From Eledone cirrhosa (taxonomy: Eukaryota), in assembly GCA_964016885.1 (NCBI GenBank), contig CAXHJY010000720.1, positions 23,367-87,366 of the forward strand: DNA of 64,000 nt, in the 5' to 3' direction. The notes under the pieces were generated by a model that saw only the letters and a list, made by a program, of their open reading frames with translations, made no database searches and had not been told where the DNA came from. Positions 57,886 through 64,000 of the stretch are shown piece by piece. How positions within the stretch are numbered: position 1 is the stretch's first letter; each line of letters opens with the position of its first letter. Position numbers and translations under genes: made by a program.

Positions 57886-60013
57886 AGAGAGAGGGATTGG
57901 CCTAGTGCAAAATTATATAGCTCAGTTGAGGGAATTAATTACCATTGAAGTGGAAATAAGTGCATTTCCAATATGGCGCAGATAAAGGGGAAATTATGAA
58001 GGTCGTTACAGACCTCCTTTCATATATTCTGCAAACGACTCTATCTGATTCAAGACCTAATATTATATACTAAATATTGAATATTATTAGGAAGCGGTTG
58101 GAAATATATTGGCTTCATTTAGTTTCTGTAGAGTTATTGCTTAATATTTTGACACTTAACGTGAAGTTTGAAGAGAAACAGTCGGATAATTATCGTATCA
58201 ATATTATATTGATTCGATCATGCATATCGATCACACTACATATTGTCTCAAGTCGAGTAGTTAAATTATCGATTTATAAATATTTTGTTGAACAGCTATG
58301 TTACGGGATTTCAGCGCAGTCACGCACACAGATTCGCACGCCCACACTCATTACACACACACAGACACACAGACACAGACACAGACACACACACACACAC
58401 TCTCTCTCTCTCTCTCTCCAAATATCGCGTACTCGGTAGTAGTAGTAGAAGTAGTAGTACTACTACTATTACTAGTAGTAGTAGTAGTAGTAGTTCTCAA
58501 CTTTTAGTGACATGTGACGTCTCATCATGTATATATATTGGTCACTATTTTTGGAATTCTGTGTTTTTTCCATAACCGAATTCAGTATTTAGTGAATCAA
58601 AAACCTCATTAACAGAAATATATGCACCAGGGCGCATGGTGAAATTTCCATTATTACAATCTTTTGTGTGAATCCCCAATTTATTTCAAGTGTACCTAGG
58701 GCAGACCATCAACTTATAGAGAAAATAGAGTGCCATTAGTTTTCTCAGAAGCTGGAGATTGTAAGGCTGTATTGGTGTCGACATTTCTTTTCAAAATAAA
58801 AACTCACACTAGGTGAGTAAAATTATGTAACGTTGAATAACTTATTAAATGCTCTTTCTTTCTATGTACACGATATATTTTCATATGAATTACATGTTGT
58901 CAATTTTTAAATCTTTGCAGTTGATATTTCAAAACAGAATTTTCTCAAAATTTATTTTCTTGGTTTAAACTTGTTCGTAATACAGCACACATATTTAGCA
59001 GCCTTAATGGCTTTTTGGGGAGCCAATGAATTATAAAAAAACACAGCATACACATACAATGTAGGGGACGAAAGCCAAAGATGACCCTGATAATATTTCA
59101 AATATACATAGATGTATGTACGTAGATATAAGTAAGTGTACGTAGATGTAAGTGGATGCATGTACATTTTATTATGTTCTACTAGCAGAGTCTGTTGGAT
59201 TAAATAGACAGAGCGTCAGATAGACTGCTTTGCAGTATTTGTTCAGGATGTCTTCATTCAGAGACCAAATCTCACAATTTCAACCTTGTCTTTCATCTTT
59301 TCAGATGTTAGTTGCTATAGTCGATATAATCAGCTTTCACCATCTCTTAAATTGCTGGTCTTATGCATATATAATAAATAATTCCGACCTGCCAACACAC
59401 ATGTAAATTAAGTAATATCTCTATTATGTCTCATTACAGAATTGAAATTGTTTCTAGCTAGTAGGAAGCAAATATTTCACACATAGTTATCCACATCATA
59501 CAAATCTTGTATAATAATAATAATATCAAAGGCCGCCATGAAATTGAGGTAGGTAGTTAATGTTCAATCAATCAATATTATATTTATCGTCTGCTTCCAA
59601 AATGGAGGTAATAATAGCTGATTGGTTAAGATTTTCGCTACATCTGATATATCAGATTTTCTTCCACACTTACAAAAATTGATTACAGTTAATATATAGT
59701 AAACGAAGTTACACCATGACGTTTGATAAATAATAGTTTTAGAGATGTTTGATATATTGTAAAAGTATTATGGTATCACGGTGTATATATATAAACATAT
59801 ATATATCTATATGCCTACCCATGTTAGCGGGGAAGATGGACGTTAAGCGATGATGATTTAAGTATATATATATATATCTAATATAATTTGTGAGTATAGT
59901 GTGTACGTGCTATTAATTTTGAATGTATATTATGAATGATAATAAAGTATATATCCATTTGATATTTAGCTTGATGTACAAAAATATCTAGTCATGTCGT
60001 CACGTGTATTCAT

Positions 60014-60050
<37 letters not shown>

Positions 60051-60246
60051 CGGAAAAAATGAAACGAAATTTCATTTCTCACTTTTAGTACGGCTGTTAC
60101 TTAAATATAAGTATGTATACATACTTATGTACGTATACATACTTATATTTATATATATATATATATATACCGCCTACAGACGCAATTATATAAATGTATA
60201 ATATATATAGAGAGAGAATGAGAGAGAGATCCTGTCTGTATTTTGT

Positions 60247-60360
60247 ACTCCTGAAGAAGGGCTTATGTCTGACACGTCGAACTTTCTTTCCTCTTACTAA
60301 TATAAAGCGTGAAACTAAGACGACTTTTTCGTCTCCTTGATGTTTGTTGTCTCCTTGAAC
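60247..60360 (+). mobile_element. Decayed hammerhead-bearing tail
   Basis: TC-CTGAAGA-AGGGC TTAT GTCT-GACA-CG-TC-GA (GAAA mutated); similar architecture at 45441-45472. Confidence 0.45.
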
Positions 60361-60633
60361 TGTGTATATATATGTTATATGCCTGTAAGTGTGTGTGTGT
60401 ATATATATGTATATATATATGTATATATGTTTGTGTATATATATAATGTGCATGTGTGTGTATATATATGTATATATGTGTGTATGCATGTGTGTGTATA
60501 TATATGTATATATGTGTTTTGCATGTGTGTGTATATATATGTATATATGTGTGTATGCATATGTATATATATGTGTATGCATGTGTGTGTATATATATGT
60601 ATATGTGTGTGTATGCATGTGTGTGTGTATATA

Positions 60634-60717
<84 letters not shown>

Positions 60718-60750
60718 GAATGTAAAAATGTAGGGACAATAATAGACACG

Positions 60751-60788
<38 letters not shown>

Positions 60789-60813
60789 TGATGTCCAACA
60801 AGCAAGGGGGACA

Positions 60814-60857
60814 ACCGTCTATGCATTTCAGGGTTAACTAGCCTTCGTCAGGACGGT
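60814..60857 (-). ncRNA. Minimal type I hammerhead ribozyme
   Basis: Minus strand ACCGTC-CTGACGA-AGG CTAGTTAAC CCT-GAAA-TGCA-TA-GACGGT; 6-bp stem I extendable by GGG/CCC. Confidence 0.88.
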
Positions 60858-61422
60858 CCCTCCCACTGCTTGCGACTAGAAGACAGGCGAGAAAATATAG
60901 TTTTGTCGTCTGTGTAAATGAGGTGATTAATCTCATTTGCATATGAAGCTGCATAAGTTGGCTCAACTTATAATATATATATATATATATTATATATATA
61001 TATAGAGAGAGAGAGTTAATGAACACGCGTGACGACTTGACTATATATATATATTTATTAAAATAACAGATTAAAGTTTAAGCAAAGAATCGCTGCTTTC
61101 ACCCTTAACGGGATCTTCTGAAACTAACAAAGTCAATCTGTAAACGCAGAAGTGGATATTTCAAAAAACGTTGCGACGGAGGAAGACAGGAAGACGATAT
61201 ATTATTGATGTAGACCAATGTGTGCCAACTGCTCAAGTCTGTGTATATATAGTTGATGTATATATAGTTGATGTATAATAGATCTTGGTGAACATCATCG
61301 TGCAAGGAAGTACACACATGTATTGTTGGTTTCATCAAGTTTCCTATTGTTAATTATTGATTCACACATCGATAACTGATCGATTGTAGACAGAAATTGA
61401 TCAATTTTCGACACACACCCAT

Positions 61423-61465
<43 letters not shown>

Positions 61466-61641
61466 ATGTTAGTATATATATATATTAGTATATACATATG
61501 TTATATATATACATTTTAGTATATATATATATATTAGTATACATAGTATACATACATATGTTATGCCTGCGTTTGTGACTATATAGATAATTAATCAATA
61601 ATTATATATAATGAAAATATATATATACACACACATATGTA

Positions 61642-61686
<45 letters not shown>

Positions 61687-62033
61687 GTATTCATATATAT
61701 ATACACATAAACATACATATATATATATATAGTATATATTTACACACACGTACGCACATGAATGGATATATATCCACTTCTAAACTTTTCATCTGATCGT
61801 GTCTTCAACAAAATAAAACTACATCAACAACCACAACAACACTAAAAGTAAATGGAGTAACACCAATGGCTGCCATGTAAAGCTGAATAAGTTCAAAGGC
61901 AGTGACGTCATTATTGACGAGAATTAACGAGTAAAAAACTGAGATCAATGTCTATATAAGTCAGAGGAGCATATATTATGACTTTCCTTATACACACACA
62001 TATATATATACGCACGCACGCACGCACGCACAC

Positions 62034-62403
62034 GGTGGCTGCCAACTTGTTTTCGAGTACGGCCACTACTTTATATCCATGTAGGAAAACTCCTACCGAT
62101 GCACTGAACAAGTGTGACTTTTTAGTCCAGCCAGCGACTTGAAAACTGTGGTACAAACACTACACTTGTAACAATCATTGACACACAGTGCTGGGCCCAT
62201 GGTACCTTGTGACGACAAGTGCAGAGAGATCTCCAGATATAAAGCAATGCCTGTGCCGTGATCAAAGGCACTGCACAAAGCCAGTCCCACTCTCTTAACC
62301 AAGATGATATTTACCAAAAAGAAGAACAAGTCAACATCATTGGATACCATCAGGGTTGTAGGTGTTATATCAGTTTTCCTTCTCCTAGAATTCTGCCTTG
62401 ACA
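62034..62403 (-). mobile_element. Third copy of the RTE-derived non-autonomous element
   Basis: Reverse complement of 5240-5625 with a short deletion; [17 protein letters not shown] motif. Confidence 0.8.
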
Positions 62404-62419
62404 TACATACATACATATT

Positions 62420-64000
62420 ACTACTCTGGAGCTTCCTGGCAACATATCTATGCTAGATTTTTTTGCTGATAGGCATGCAGTTTTTCATCCATGGATTCAC
62501 TGCGATACTGCTGAGCGACATCCCTGGGTGCGAGTTTTTGATTATCACACAGGGAATATCTCTCAAGGAGTTCCTTCCCAACTCTCATGATCTTATCTGT
62601 TTCATGCAGATAGACTTGCTCGAGAAACGGGCTCCTACGCTTCGAGGTTCGTAGATGTTGTCGGAGAGATATGATGCGACATTCAAATATCGTCTGGACT
62701 GATGTTAGGCCTCTGCCTCCCTGCTTATGTTTCAAGTAAAGGCGGTCTATGTCACTGTTGATGTGGAAGTTTCCGGTGTTGTTCAGTATTTTTCGAGTTC
62801 CAACATCAACTGCTCGGATTTCGTCTATCGTCCAATTGAGTATTCCAAACGTTGGTGTTAGGACAGGCACAGCAAACACATTGTGAGCCACTGTTTTGTT
62901 TTGCACAAAGAGTTCCGATGACCAGATCTTTCTTAATCGGGTGTAGTATTCCCTGGTTACGCGTTCTTTATTACAGATACCATTATAGGATATGTTCTCA
63001 TCTATCCCCAGGTATCTGTAGCAGTCCTCATCTGATATCGGTGAAACAGTTAGGCCATTGATGACAATGTTGCTAGATTGGGTTGTTGTTTTTCCCCGCT
63101 CTACAGTCATGTATGAGCATTTATCTTGGCCAAACTCCATTCCTATATCCTTTGAGAACGTTGTAACCCGGTCAAGATTTTTCTTCACCCCATCCATGTT
63201 CTTGGCATAGTTTCAGATCGTCCACAAAGAAATTATGGGTTAGGTTTGTATTTCTGTCCTCCTGTGAGCCAATGATGTATCCCTCACATTTCTTGAGCAG
63301 AAAGGACAAGGGGTTTAATGACAAGATGAACAATATCACAGAGAGACTGTCCCCCTGAAATATACCCCTGCAATATTTTATTTTATCAGTAAAAATAGAA
63401 TCCTTCCTCTCTGTCTTTAACCTTAGGATAGTAGCCCAAGAAGAAGACAGCCTCTCTGACTCTGACAATAATGTCTGGGACTTTAGCAAGTTGGAGGGCT
63501 TCTATCATCCAAGAGTGGGGAACAGAATCGAAAGCTTTCCTGTAGTCCAGCCAGACTGTAGTCATATTCCTCCTAAGTTGTCGCACCCCCGACAACGCAG
63601 TTTTGTTGATTAGGAGTTGTTCAGCACATCCCCAAACCCCTTTCTTTCCAGCTGCTTGTTCATCTGTGATGATGTTATTATTTTCACAGTGATCTTGGAG
63701 GAATAGGTTCAGGCAGGCTGTATACATCTTATACATCAGGTTCTGGTATGCAATGGGTCGGTAGTTTTTTGCAAAGTGGGTGTCTTTGTTCTTGGGGACC
63801 AGTAACATTTGTGCTAATGTCAACCATTCTGGTATAAGTGTATCGCCCTAAAGAACTTGTTGGTAGAGGTCAGTAAGATACCTCCGATAGAATATTAGTT
63901 GTTTGTACCAGTAGCCGACAATCATGTCTCTTCCTGGTGTCTTCTTATCTTGGAGTTTTCCTATCACAGTCTTCCCTCCCCCTCCACTTTTTACTCTCAA
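62420..64000 (-). mobile_element. Decayed non-LTR retrotransposon reverse transcriptase, R4/Dong-like clade
   Basis: Three frameshifted ORFs give NYRPIA, EQAAGKKG, WLDYRKAFDSVPHSW, RGIFQGDSLS, FVDDLKL, FSKDIGMEFGQDKC, YRYLGI, RLY..QGGRGL. It is cut off before any endonuclease domain and continues beyond the window. Confidence 0.9.

Overview
AT-rich, repeat-saturated animal genomic DNA. The SINE families and the huge (TA)n/(CA)n/(TATG)n tracts resemble octopod cephalopod genomes (inference from recalled repeat families, not a database hit). I found no supportable host protein-coding gene: almost all long ORFs in the track are translations of microsatellites. Recognisable content: (i) a Penelope-like GIY-YIG 3' fragment; (ii) at least six well-formed minimal type I hammerhead ribozyme (HHR) motifs, one variant-core motif and several decayed ones, typically beside (TA)n tracts and several followed by AATAAA; (iii) about ten fold-back or inverted structures, many switching strand inside or just upstream of a hammerhead motif; (iv) about 25 copies or fragments of a tRNA-derived SINE plus other SINEs; (v) RTE-like LINE tails, two of which are amplified into 65-bp satellite arrays; (vi) three copies of an internally deleted RTE-derived element; (vii) a decayed R4/Dong-like reverse transcriptase; (viii) Helitron, Tc1/mariner and piggyBac-type non-autonomous elements; and (ix) several minisatellites. 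The most interesting signal is the population of short hammerhead-bearing, Penelope-derived (retrozyme-like) inserts and their link to fold-back DNA. Coordinates were read by eye and may be off by a few bases.
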